Shown piece by piece: positions 53,867-63,657 of a DNA stretch of 64,000 nucleotides (positions are counted from its first letter, which is position 1; each line of letters begins with the position of its first letter). This stretch comes from a bacterium (GTDB lineage Bacteria > Bacillota_I > Bacilli_A > RF39 > UBA660): contig JALFTB010000036.1 of assembly GCA_022779465.1 (NCBI GenBank), positions 447 through 64,446 of the forward strand. Direction: 5' to 3'. The notes under the pieces were generated by a model. The model made no database searches. It saw nothing but the letters and a program-made list of their open reading frames with translations, and was not told the DNA's origin. The position numbers were made by a program, and so were the translations under genes.

Positions 53867-55249
53867 TTATGAATTTTTAGATTTATTGATATAAAAGTAG
53901 AAATTACTTCCTTTATTCTTTTTACTTTTAACGCCATATTCGAATTTATGCTTAATTAGTATAGTTTCAACTATTGATAAGCCTAGGCCAGTACCAACAA
54001 TATTTCTTTTATGATTTTTTTCATTTTTGTAGTATTTTGACCAAATAAATTTTAAATCTTCTTCGCTTATTCCTTTGCCAGTATCAATTATTTCAACTAA
54101 ATATCTTTTTTTGCAATCGGTGATATTTATTTTAATTGTTAAATCATCACCGGTGTAGTTAATAGCATTGTTAATTAAATTATACATAACTTGATTAATT
54201 TTTTTCTTATCAGCTTTAACCATGGCTTTTTCAGGAATGTTAGTAATAAATTTATAATTTTCTGTTTCTTTGATTATTTCATATCTTTTTAAAATTTGAT
54301 TTAATTCTTCGATTAGGTCATATGATTCGATGTTTAATTCATCGGATGAATTTTGCATTCTTGACAGTTCTAAGATGTCGTTTACTAATACGTTTAAACG
54401 ATCAGTTTCATCGATAATTACATTTAGGTTATCTTTTCTTTTATCTTCATTTTCATTATTAATATCTCTTGCCATTTCAGCATATGCTTTGATCATGGTT
54501 AGAGGCGTTTTTAAATCATGGGAAACATTTGCCATTAAATCTCTTCTTAATTCATCAGTATTTTTAATTTCACTTCTTGCATAGTTTAATACCTGATTTA
54601 GTTCATCTATTTCGGCAATATCATATTTATTTGTATCCTGTTCATAGTTACCATTTGCCATCAATTTGGCTTTATTAGTGATATTTAAAATTGGTTTATT
54701 AATCATTTTGCCAACAAAGTATGAAACTATTCCAGATAATATAATCATTATTAAGGTTATATAGATTAGTTGTCCTCTTAAGATATAAGTTGTACTATTA
54801 ACATCTTCTAATTTAGTGTTAAGTAAGATGTATATATCATCACTATAATGAATGCCGTATATAATGCTTTTTGAATCATATTTAGGATTAATGACTCTAA
54901 TAATTGAGTTTTTACTTGATGTTAATATTTTATTTTTAACTTTTATAACGCTTTTATCATTACTATTTAATAGACAATCTTTATTTAAAACATTATAGCT
55001 TGTTACTTTATTATCATTATATATTTGAATGCACATTTCATTTTCGTATGCTAATTGTTCAAAGCTAACTGTTTCTGGTGAAGTGATTATTCTGTTTGCG
55101 ACACTTTTTAAATTATTAATTTGATAACGTTCATAAAATATTTTTAAAAATACAATTTGAAACATATATAAAAGTAACAATATAGCTATAGAGAAAGTTA
55201 TGAGATAAGAAAAGGTTTTAACTCCTAAGCTATTTTTCTTTATATTCAA
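53867..55249 (-). CDS. Sensor histidine kinase (2 TM, extracellular loop, HAMP, HisKA, HATPase_c)
   Basis: H-box SHDLKTPLT; N and G boxes (LINNAINYT, DTGKGI, GTGLGLSIV). Confidence 0.9.
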   Translation of the reverse strand: MNIKKNSLGVKTFSYLITFSIAILLLLYMFQIVFLKIFYERYQINNLKSVANRIITSPETVSFEQLAYENEMCIQIYNDNKVTSYNVLNKDCLLNSNDKSVIKVKNKILTSSKNSIIRVINPKYDSKSIIYGIHYSDDIYILLNTKLEDVNSTTYILRGQLIYITLIMIILSGIVSYFVGKMINKPILNITNKAKLMANGNYEQDTNKYDIAEIDELNQVLNYARSEIKNTDELRRDLMANVSHDLKTPLTMIKAYAEMARDINNENEDKRKDNLNVIIDETDRLNVLVNDILELSRMQNSSDELNIESYDLIEELNQILKRYEIIKETENYKFITNIPEKAMVKADKKKINQVMYNLINNAINYTGDDLTIKINITDCKKRYLVEIIDTGKGISEEDLKFIWSKYYKNEKNHKRNIVGTGLGLSIVETILIKHKFEYGVKSKKNKGSNFYFYINKSKNS

Positions 55250-55892
55250 ATTTATAGCCCACCTTTCTTATGGTTTTAATATCATCTCGATGTTTTCCTA
55301 ATTTATTTCTTAGTAATTTGATATGAGCATCGATGGTGCGGTCATCGGCTTCATAATCGTATCCCCAAATATTTTTAATAATGTTTTCTCTTGATAGTAC
55401 GATATTAGGATTTGATAAAAATAAATATAATAATTCAAATTGAGTATGAGTCATCTCTACAATTTTGTCATCTATTATAACTTCTCTTGATGTTTTATTG
55501 ATAGTTATGTTATCTACTTTAATAATTTCTTCAGTTTCGTTTCTTTTACTCACTGCTTTAATTCTAGCCATAAGTTCTTTAGGACTAAATGGTTTAGTTA
55601 CGTAATCATCGGCACCTAAAGAAAAACCATTAAGCTTATCTAATTCTTCAGTTCTGGCAGATAAGAATATGATAGGAATATTTTTAATTTCTTTGATTTC
55701 TTTAGCTGAAGAAAAGCCATCTTTATGAGGCATCATTATATCCATGATTATTAAATCATAATTATTTTCTTCAACTTTTTCAATGGCTTCATTGCCATCT
55801 TCGGCTTCATCAACTGTATATCCTTCATTTAAGGCATATTCTTTAATAACGTTTCTAATTAATAATTCATCATCTACTACTAATAGTTTCAT
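55230..55892 (-). CDS. OmpR-family response regulator
   Basis: Receiver domain (LLVVDDE...DLIIMDIMMP) plus a winged-helix C-terminus (..IKTIRKVGYKF). Confidence 0.92.
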   Translation of the reverse strand: MKLLVVDDELLIRNVIKEYALNEGYTVDEAEDGNEAIEKVEENNYDLIIMDIMMPHKDGFSSAKEIKEIKNIPIIFLSARTEELDKLNGFSLGADDYVTKPFSPKELMARIKAVSKRNETEEIIKVDNITINKTSREVIIDDKIVEMTHTQFELLYLFLSNPNIVLSRENIIKNIWGYDYEADDRTIDAHIKLLRNKLGKHRDDIKTIRKVGYKFEYKEK

Positions 55893-55950
55893 TTTCTCAC
55901 CTACGTGTATATTATATCAAATATATGAATTTATAATGAAAAAAACTAGA

Positions 55951-56670
55951 TTAATCTAGTTTTACATTGGTATAGATAGCTGTTACATCATCTATTTCAT
56001 CTAACATATTATACAACTTATCAAATACTTCTTTATCTTCTCCCTCAAGAGTAATTTGTTCTTTAGGATACATTCCAGTTTCATCATAACTATATTCAAT
56101 GTTAGGAATTAATTTTTCTAAAATATCTTTAACATGATGGATATCGGTTGGATTGCATGTAATAGTGATAAGTCCATTCTCATTTTCAAAATCTACTAAT
56201 TCAATTCCTTCATTTAAGATAGCTTCAAAAATTTCTTCTTCTTTGTCACTATTAAATGAAATGATTGATAAATAATCATAGTTATATGATACTGAGTTAG
56301 TTACACCTAAACTTTTATTAACTTTATTAAATGCTGCTCTGACGAAACCTACAGTACGGTTTACATTATCAGTTAATGTTTTAATAATAAATGTACTTGC
56401 TCCAGGACCAAAGCCTTCATAAACAACTTCTGTGTAATCTTCTCCACCAGCACCTTTAGCTTTATCGATTGCTCTATTTATAATGTCACTAGGTACTTGT
56501 TCTTTTTTAGCTTTTTCAACAATTCTTTTTAAACTTATATTTGATTCAAGTTCAGGAACACCTTTTTTAGCAGCTAAATAAATTTCTTTTGCATAGTTAC
56601 TATATAATTTAGCTTTTACGGCTCCGTTTTTTTGAATACTTGCTTTTCTTACTTCATATGCTCTTCCCAT
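55951..56670 (-). CDS. yebC: YebC/PmpR-family transcriptional regulator
   Basis: MGRAYEVRKASIQKNGAVKAKLYS...; 239 aa. Confidence 0.9.
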   Translation of the reverse strand: MGRAYEVRKASIQKNGAVKAKLYSNYAKEIYLAAKKGVPELESNISLKRIVEKAKKEQVPSDIINRAIDKAKGAGGEDYTEVVYEGFGPGASTFIIKTLTDNVNRTVGFVRAAFNKVNKSLGVTNSVSYNYDYLSIISFNSDKEEEIFEAILNEGIELVDFENENGLITITCNPTDIHHVKDILEKLIPNIEYSYDETGMYPKEQITLEGEDKEVFDKLYNMLDEIDDVTAIYTNVKLD

Positions 56671-56706
56671 AAGGCACTTCCTTTGCTTTTCATATTATAT
56701 ATTTTT

Positions 56707-57756
56707 TTAAAGTAGTTTGCAACCAAATATGAATTCTTTTAGATTGTTATCTTTAATAATTATATTCTTTTTAATATATCTTATTTCTTTTTTAATATTT
56801 AATAACATTAAATTATTACGATTTTCTTTTTTTAATAGTTGTTCTACTACTTTAATTACAACTTCTTTAGAGGTTTTAACTTTATATTTTGTTTTTAATT
56901 TATTCATTAACTCTAAAGAAATGTTTCTGGTTATACGATTATAATATTTATCTTTTTTGTGATAAAAATAATAATCATCACCATCTAAATTTTTTATTAC
57001 TCTTAAAGCATCTAAATAACCTAATTTCATATTTCTTTCATTTGATTCACGGTCAAATAGTATTATAGATCCTAAATTACCTTTTGGTTTTATTTCAATT
57101 ACTTTGGTTTCTGGTTTTAAGTGATTACGACTAAAGCCAATGCCTTTTATTCTAATGGAATAGATTGTATCACAACCATAATGTTCAACTAATGACAAGG
57201 GAACATTATTATAAAATCCACCATCAATATAGTAATTATTATCAATAATTGGCTTTAAATTGAATATTGGTAAATAACATGATGCCATAATATATTCGGC
57301 TACTTTGCCTTCTGGAATCTCATCAATGGTTAGTTCAAGTGGTTTCATTCCTTTTACTTTAACAGTAATTAAGCCAAATTTAATTTTACTTTTTCTTAAT
57401 TTTTTTTCATCAATATTTTCAGAAACAATTTTTAGAAATTCTGAGGTATCAATTCCTTTATTTTCAATGATTTGTTTAAGATTGTCATATCCAAGTAAGA
57501 CATCTTCTTTTTTTATTTTCTTATGTTTAATTGTATCTATTAATTTACTATTAATTCCGAATATATCTGTGGTTGTATTTAACCATAAACTTACTAATTT
57601 TTTAATATCGCCTTGAGCCATAAGTGCGGCATTTAGAGATCCTATTGATGTTCCAGCTATTATTTTTGGTTTGATTCCATTGGTTACTAAAGCAATATAA
57701 GCGCCAGCTTGATATGCTCCTTTAGCTCCACCACCTTCTAAAGCGAATCCTATCAT
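56707..57756 (-). CDS. Patatin-like phospholipase
   Basis: GGGAKGAYQAG oxyanion motif, GTSIGS (GxSxG) and DGG motif. Overlaps the upstream ZIP gene by 4 nt. Confidence 0.85.
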   Translation of the reverse strand: MIGFALEGGGAKGAYQAGAYIALVTNGIKPKIIAGTSIGSLNAALMAQGDIKKLVSLWLNTTTDIFGINSKLIDTIKHKKIKKEDVLLGYDNLKQIIENKGIDTSEFLKIVSENIDEKKLRKSKIKFGLITVKVKGMKPLELTIDEIPEGKVAEYIMASCYLPIFNLKPIIDNNYYIDGGFYNNVPLSLVEHYGCDTIYSIRIKGIGFSRNHLKPETKVIEIKPKGNLGSIILFDRESNERNMKLGYLDALRVIKNLDGDDYYFYHKKDKYYNRITRNISLELMNKLKTKYKVKTSKEVVIKVVEQLLKKENRNNLMLLNIKKEIRYIKKNIIIKDNNLKEFIFGCKLL

Positions 57757-58478
57757 AAAATCACTCCTATTAACATTAAGATTATTCCAATTAATAATCC
57801 ATATAAACTAAATTTGTTAAAGTTTTCTTTTAATTCTACTAATAATTCGTTAAATACTAAGTATAAAATCATTCCTATTGTTATTGATAATAATGACCCT
57901 AATAAAAAATCACTTAATGTATCTTTTAAGATAAATATTATTAGGCCTCCTATGAAGGTACTTATTGTTAATAGAATTAACCATGTCCACATTTTTTTAC
58001 TTTCTTTCTTATCAAACATGGCAGTTATTTCTATTCCAAATGGAATGTTGTGTAAACCTACACCTATCGCGTAAATTAAACCAGTTTTTAAATCATTCTG
58101 AGACACTCCATATATACTCATACCTTCAACGATATTATGAATAATTAACGCTAGAGAAGTCATGATGCCAATATGATTTAAATGATTACTATGATGTTTT
58201 TGTTCTTTATAATGATCATGATGTGGTACTATTTTTTCTAGTAAAAATAAAGTGCATATTCCAATTAAGGTACCAGCTGTTATACATAGTATTTTATCAT
58301 AGGGAAATAACTCATATGTTTCAGGAATTATATCAAATAATAATAAAAGTAATAAAACAGAAAAGGCCATACCAATACTAAAATTTACTAAATTTTTATT
58401 TTGTTTTTGTTTTAATGAAATAAAGGCTCCTGCTAAAAATAATAAGCCTACTACTAAGTTTATTAATAAATACTTCAT
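57753..58478 (-). CDS. ZIP-family metal transporter (second copy) with His-rich loop
   Basis: HHDHYKEQKHHSNHLNH loop; HNIVEGMS and LHNIPFG motifs. Confidence 0.8.
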   Translation of the reverse strand: MKYLLINLVVGLLFLAGAFISLKQKQNKNLVNFSIGMAFSVLLLLLLFDIIPETYELFPYDKILCITAGTLIGICTLFLLEKIVPHHDHYKEQKHHSNHLNHIGIMTSLALIIHNIVEGMSIYGVSQNDLKTGLIYAIGVGLHNIPFGIEITAMFDKKESKKMWTWLILLTISTFIGGLIIFILKDTLSDFLLGSLLSITIGMILYLVFNELLVELKENFNKFSLYGLLIGIILMLIGVIL

Positions 58479-58543
58479 TTAAATCACCTTTTCAATATTA
58501 TACATACTAATTATAAAAAAACAATCAAAAAAAAGCCATATAT

Positions 58544-59242
58544 TTATGACTCACATTGATTTGTGTCTGTCAAGTATACGGCTTCTCCCTGAATAGATAC
58601 TTTTGCACTAAATGATTGACTCATTACTGATGATTGCTCAACATCATCTAACCAATCTATCCATAATCTTAATGTATATGTATCGGTTGTATTTGGACAT
58701 ATTATTAATTGAAAATCATCAGCTAGTACATATTCACTATATTTATATGTTGTTAAACCATTACTTGTTGATGTTGATAAAATTGGTTTGGATTTTAAAC
58801 CAGTGAAGTTACCACTTCTATTATTACTTGTATCTGCACATGTTTCACAAGTTAGTGACCATTTGAAACTATCTTTAACAGCGTCTCTTAATCCATCTGT
58901 AATACTTATGTTGGTTAAAGATATATTATATGCTACTGGATAATCATTTTTATTTGTACCTGATTCATCAATTGTAGATACTGAAAACATTCCTTTAGCA
59001 GCATTACTTTCTACAAATATTGATTGAATTGGTGCTAAACCGGTTGCATTAATATAACCACTATTGTCGGTTATTAAATTTAGAACAAAATCATTTGCGG
59101 AAGTTGTTCCAGAAATAATAGTTTTATTTCCTTTAATATTAGTTAAGAAATAGGCATACGAAAAGCCTATTACCAATGGTATTAGGATAGCAATTACAAT
59201 TAGAGTTTTGTATAATACATTGTCATTTCTACTATTATCCAT
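58544..59242 (-). CDS. TasA/camelysin-like secreted protein C (divergent, Cys-containing)
   Basis: ..TLIVIAILIPLVIGFSYAYFLTNIKGNKTIISGT; C-terminus ..SQSFSAKVSIQGE. No obvious SD for either ATG 59242 or TTG 59251. Confidence 0.55.
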   Translation of the reverse strand: MDNSRNDNVLYKTLIVIAILIPLVIGFSYAYFLTNIKGNKTIISGTTSANDFVLNLITDNSGYINATGLAPIQSIFVESNAAKGMFSVSTIDESGTNKNDYPVAYNISLTNISITDGLRDAVKDSFKWSLTCETCADTSNNRSGNFTGLKSKPILSTSTSNGLTTYKYSEYVLADDFQLIICPNTTDTYTLRLWIDWLDDVEQSSVMSQSFSAKVSIQGEAVYLTDTNQCES

Positions 59243-59300
59243 AATAATCAATTTTATAATACTACAAATTTAATTTTATTACAACCACAAAAAAAATGCA

Positions 59301-60305
59301 TTAGAATAAATCTAAAGCACTTTGAGCATTTAAACTGTAATCAGTAAAATCTTTTTTTAAGTATAATGGATATGCTGCACAACCGATCATAGCAGCATTA
59401 TCTGTACAATATTTCATTGGTGGAATTGTTAATTTGATATTATGTTTTTGAGCTAGTTTTTCCATTTCTCCACGTAAATATTTATTTGCGGTTACACCAC
59501 CGGCAATTATTAATCTTTCAATACCTAGTTGATTGATAGCTAATTCGGTCTTTCTTACTAATTCATCAATAGCAACTGTTTGAAATGATGCTGCAAGGTC
59601 ATATTTTCTTAATTCATTGCCTCTTTGTTTTTCATTATGAACTAAGTTTATAACTGCACTTTTTAAACCACTATATGAAAAATTTAACTCATCATTATTC
59701 ATTGGTTTTGGTAAGTCATAGCTTGGAGTTCCTTGTAATGCATATTTTTCAATATTTGGTCCACCAGGATATGGTAAGTCTAATACTTTTGCTACTTTGT
59801 CGTAAACTTCACCAATAGCATCATCTAAAGTTCTTCCTAATACTTTAAATTTATAATCGTCTTCCATTAAAACTAGTTCAGTATGACCGCCACTTACAAC
59901 TAAAGCAAGTAATGGAAATTCCATTTTTTCGACTAAGTTATTAGCATAAATATGACCAGCTATGTGATGAACTTTTATTAATGGTTTTTTATAAACTAAA
60001 GATAAAGTTTTAGCAAATTCTAAACCAATAAGCAGACTGCCTAATAAACCTGGTGCATAGGTTACAGCTATAGCATCAATATCATTCATTGTAAGAGTTG
60101 TTTTACTAAATACGTCTTCAAGAACCATTGTAATGTTTTCACAATGCATTCTGCTGGCAATTTCTGGGACTACTCCACCGTATAATGCATGAGTATCCAT
60201 TTGTGTTAGAATTGTGGTTGCAACATCTTCACAACCATTTTTTATAATGGCAATACTTGTTTCATCACATGATGATTCAATTGCTAAAATATATACATCT
60301 TTCAT
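59301..60305 (-). CDS. tsaD: tRNA N6-adenosine threonylcarbamoyltransferase TsaD
   Basis: ILAIESSCDETS..., HxxxH (HHIAGHIY); 334 aa. Confidence 0.95.
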   Translation of the reverse strand: MKDVYILAIESSCDETSIAIIKNGCEDVATTILTQMDTHALYGGVVPEIASRMHCENITMVLEDVFSKTTLTMNDIDAIAVTYAPGLLGSLLIGLEFAKTLSLVYKKPLIKVHHIAGHIYANNLVEKMEFPLLALVVSGGHTELVLMEDDYKFKVLGRTLDDAIGEVYDKVAKVLDLPYPGGPNIEKYALQGTPSYDLPKPMNNDELNFSYSGLKSAVINLVHNEKQRGNELRKYDLAASFQTVAIDELVRKTELAINQLGIERLIIAGGVTANKYLRGEMEKLAQKHNIKLTIPPMKYCTDNAAMIGCAAYPLYLKKDFTDYSLNAQSALDLF

Positions 60306-60721
60306 TATATGTTCCTTTCCATAATTAAGGCATCTTTGTTTTTATAATAATTTTGTCTTTTGGCTATAATTGTAAAATGGTTTTTTTGGTAAAAGTTAAT
60401 AGCTTTTAAATTATCCTCTCTAACTTCTAACATTATTTTAGATGCAATTGTATCTTTCTTTTTAATAATATAATTTATTAATTTTGTTCCGATTCCTTGT
60501 TTTTCATATTTTGGATCTACTACAATATTTAAGATATCAATTATTTCATAGTTAGAAGAAATGTGAATAAAGCCGGTTACTTTATTATCATAAAGATAAA
60601 CATAGATTTTTTCAGTTCTATTTAAATTGTTTATTTTAAAAAGTTTTTCAAAATCTTCATTAACAATTTTTCCCAATTTGATTATTTCGTCATAATAATT
60701 TTCTTTATAATTATCTACCAC
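60305..60721 (-). CDS. rimI: Ribosomal-protein-alanine N-acetyltransferase RimI (GNAT)
   Basis: GNAT motif QGIGTKLINYII, in the tsaE-tsaB-rimI-tsaD operon. Confidence 0.85.
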   Translation of the reverse strand: MVDNYKENYYDEIIKLGKIVNEDFEKLFKINNLNRTEKIYVYLYDNKVTGFIHISSNYEIIDILNIVVDPKYEKQGIGTKLINYIIKKKDTIASKIMLEVREDNLKAINFYQKNHFTIIAKRQNYYKNKDALIMERNI

Positions 60722-61286
60722 TTAATGCCTCTATCTCTTTAATATAAATTGCTTTTACAGCATGAGCTGGGGTTGGAGCAATTTCTAGAGAATAATTATT
60801 TATACTTTGCAAATCTAATTTACTATCTTCATATATAGGATAATTATAATTATTTATATATTGTTCATAATCTGCATTTTTTAAATACATTAATTCATTA
60901 ACTAATTTATTATTTTCAAATATTCCTAAGTATTTTCCTTTAGTATCACTAATAGTTATAATTTTATTATCGTCTTTTATTGATGCAGAAATTGCTTCAA
61001 TACTCGAGATTGTTTTAATAGGTATATTTAAGGTGTACGCTAAAGTTTTTGCAATGGTTACTCCTAATCTTATTCCGGTAAAGCTTCCAGGTCCATTAAC
61101 TACTAATATTTCTGATAAATCTTGACATTCAATGTTGTTTTCTTTTAAGATTTCATCAATCATTGGTACTAAATAAATACTATGACTTTTTTCTGATTCT
61201 TTTTCTTTTTGCATAATTAGATTGTTGTCTTTGAATAATCCGATTGTAATTAATTCGCTATAAGTACTTATAAATAGTTTGTACAT
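60711..61286 (-). CDS. tsaB: t6A synthesis protein TsaB
   Basis: 191 aa; NGPGSFTGIRLGVTIAKTLA motif. Confidence 0.9.
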   Translation of the reverse strand: MYKLFISTYSELITIGLFKDNNLIMQKEKESEKSHSIYLVPMIDEILKENNIECQDLSEILVVNGPGSFTGIRLGVTIAKTLAYTLNIPIKTISSIEAISASIKDDNKIITISDTKGKYLGIFENNKLVNELMYLKNADYEQYINNYNYPIYEDSKLDLQSINNYSLEIAPTPAHAVKAIYIKEIEALSGR

Positions 61287-61350
61287 TTTATCACTTCCAA
61301 ATCAATAATATTATACTATAAAATAAAAAAAATACTAGTCTATCTAGTAT

Positions 61351-61803
61351 TTAAAGAACAGAGTTTACTAAATCTTCGTATTTTTCACCAAAAGGTTTTA
61401 AGACTAAAACTCTTGTGTTTTCGTCAATGATTTTAAAATCTATTTGTAATCTTTCTTCTGGTAAACAATCACATATCATGTCTGACCATTCAATTATACA
61501 AACAGCGTTTTTATTAAAGTAATCATCAAAACCAATTGTATCACATTTTCCTTCTAAACGATAAACGTCCATATGATATAATGGCATTTCACCGGAATTA
61601 TATTCTTTAATTAAATTAAATGTTGGACTAGTAATGGTTTCGGTTATTCCTAATGATTTAGCAAAACCTTTAACAAAAACTGTTTTTCCACTTCCTAACT
61701 CACCATCTAAGCATATAACCATTCCAGGAAATTTTTCTGATTCGATATTTTCTGCTAATTCCATTGTGTCATCTATACTTCTAGATGTATATTTATAATC
61801 CAT
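61351..61803 (-). CDS. tsaE: t6A synthesis ATPase TsaE
   Basis: Walker A GELGSGKT and SPTFNLIKEY. ATG 61803 behind SD AGGTGAG. Confidence 0.9.
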   Translation of the reverse strand: MDYKYTSRSIDDTMELAENIESEKFPGMVICLDGELGSGKTVFVKGFAKSLGITETITSPTFNLIKEYNSGEMPLYHMDVYRLEGKCDTIGFDDYFNKNAVCIIEWSDMICDCLPEERLQIDFKIIDENTRVLVLKPFGEKYEDLVNSVL

Positions 61804-61855
61804 TTTCTCACCTATTTTCATTATATATAATTATATTTATGTTGTAAATACCTCT

Positions 61856-63313
61856 TTACATTATTTCATTGGTATAAAAATCTGACTCACATGTTAAGTT
61901 TATTTTTAAGGATTTTAAAGCATTAGCATCACCATTTTGAACTATATATGTTGAGTGAGCTTCACATCCTTCTAGTTTAGATAAATTTTTAATTGCTTTT
62001 TCGATCATTGAGTTAGTAGCACTACAAACAGATAATGCGATTAAAACTTCTTGTAATGATAATGGTTTATTGTTATTACGCATTTTTAAAATTGGTTCTA
62101 ATATTGAAGGACTTAATAAATTGATGTCATCTGGGATTTTTGATAATTCTTTAACGGCATTAATTATTAATGAACTAGCCGGACTAAGTAATTCAGTTTG
62201 TTTACCGGTTATTATTTTTCCTTTTGGAAGTTCTAGGGCAATTACATGAACTCCTTTTTCTTTGGATTTATCTAAAGCAGCTTTAACTACTTTTAAATAG
62301 TTTTCATCGATGTTAAGTTCATTCATTAATAGTTTTACTTTTTGAACTGTATCATATTCACAAAAACCTAATTTATAGTTATTTAATTCATTGTAATATC
62401 TTCTTACTACTTCTTTTTTAGCTGCTTCTTCAACTGCTTTATCATTTGTTATGCAAAATCCAACCATATTTACACCCATATCCGTTGGTGAATAATATAT
62501 ATCTTTTCCAGTTATTCTATTTAATATTGTTTTTAGGATAGGAAATGTTTCTAAGTCTCTATTATAGTTTACAGCCTTTATATCGTACTTTTCTAAGTGA
62601 AATGAGTCTATCATATTAATGTCTTTTAAATCAGCTGTAGCAGCCTCGTATGCAATATTAATAGGATGTTTTAGTGGTAAATTCCATACTGGAAATGTTT
62701 CAAATTTTGCATAACCAGCATTAACTCCTCTTTTGTGTTCATGATAAAGTTGACTTAAACAAGTTGCTAGTTTTCCTGACCCAGGACCAGGAGCGTTTAC
62801 TAAAACTAATTTTTTGGTTGTTTCTATATAAGGATTAGCTCCATAACCTTCTTCACTTACAATTGTATCAACATCTGTAGGATATCCTTTAGTAAATGTG
62901 TGGATATATGTTTTTATATTTTGTCTTTCTAAACGTTTAATAAACTTATCAACACTTGGCTGATTATTATAAAGGGTGATTACAACTGAATTTACTAGAA
63001 AACCTAATCTGTGAGCGTTATTTATTATGTTTAACATTTCCATGTCGTATGTTATACCAAACTCAGATCTAATTTTATTTTTCTCAATGTCGTTAGCATT
63101 TATACAAAAAATAATTTCTAAATCTTTTTTAAGTTCTAAAAACATACTAATTTTAGCGTCTGGTTTAAATCCAGGTAATACTCTGGCTGCATGATTATCA
63201 GAAAATAATTTTCCTCCGACTTCTAAATAAAGCTTATCAAACATTTTGAATCTTTCTTTAATTTTTTTACTTTGTACTTTTACGTACTTATCATTATCAA
63301 AACCTTTCTTCAT
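61856..63313 (-). CDS. DUF1846 (UPF0371) family protein
   Basis: GFDNDKYVKVQSKKIKERF..LYLEVGGKLFSDNHAARVLPGF is characteristic of UPF0371. Confidence 0.8.
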   Translation of the reverse strand: MKKGFDNDKYVKVQSKKIKERFKMFDKLYLEVGGKLFSDNHAARVLPGFKPDAKISMFLELKKDLEIIFCINANDIEKNKIRSEFGITYDMEMLNIINNAHRLGFLVNSVVITLYNNQPSVDKFIKRLERQNIKTYIHTFTKGYPTDVDTIVSEEGYGANPYIETTKKLVLVNAPGPGSGKLATCLSQLYHEHKRGVNAGYAKFETFPVWNLPLKHPINIAYEAATADLKDINMIDSFHLEKYDIKAVNYNRDLETFPILKTILNRITGKDIYYSPTDMGVNMVGFCITNDKAVEEAAKKEVVRRYYNELNNYKLGFCEYDTVQKVKLLMNELNIDENYLKVVKAALDKSKEKGVHVIALELPKGKIITGKQTELLSPASSLIINAVKELSKIPDDINLLSPSILEPILKMRNNNKPLSLQEVLIALSVCSATNSMIEKAIKNLSKLEGCEAHSTYIVQNGDANALKSLKINLTCESDFYTNEIM

Positions 63314-63454
63314 TTTAATACCTCTCCATCTATTTTAATAATATAAAAAAATAACAAAGAAGAAAATAGTTTTTTATTAAAATATAAATTTTTATTTTTT
63401 TGTTGGTAAAAATACTGGGAAATATAATAAATATTATTTACAGGTTTCTTGACA

Positions 63455-63482
63455 TAAAAAAAAATACTCATTGGAGTATTTT
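63455..63482 (-). terminator. rRNA operon terminator
   Basis: AATACTC-CAAT-GAGTATT followed by T8, downstream of the 5S rRNA. Confidence 0.6.
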
Positions 63483-63494
63483 ATTGCAAAAAAA

Positions 63495-63605
63495 AATATT
63501 GGCAACTACCTATTTTCGCATACACTATCGTCGGCGTATAAGTGCTTAACTTCTCTGTTCGGGATGGGAAGAGGTGTATCCACTTAGCTATTGTCACCAA
63601 TAAAA
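63495..63605 (-). rRNA. rrf: 5S ribosomal RNA
   Basis: Minus strand reads TTGGTGACAATAGCTAAGTGGATACACCTCTTCCCATCCCGAACAGAGAAGTTAAGCACTTATACGCCGACGATAGTG...GGTAGTTGCCAA. Ends are approximate. Confidence 0.9.
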
Positions 63606-63657
63606 GGATTTTGTCCTTTAAAAACAAGATAATGTACTCATCAAATAAATATTATAT

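Noticed and set aside
53692-53937. 81-aa ORF between the histidine kinase and the TasA-like gene.
   Set aside because: It overlaps the kinase 3' end, the kinase terminator and the candidate fibre-gene promoter. It has no SD and a low-complexity sequence.
826-58806. About 30 ORFs of 60-105 aa in the supplied track lie antisense to, or inside, long well-supported genes. Examples: 826-1101, 1305-1487, 2917-3168, 4940-5128, 8646-8876, 9227-9460, 15866-16183, 21864-22064, 36573-36860, 42466-42762, 50560-50802, 51650-51922, 57305-57616.
   Set aside because: They are shadow ORFs. All have low-complexity F/L/I/S-rich translations typical of the reverse strand of AT-rich coding DNA, no SD, and complete overlap with conserved genes.
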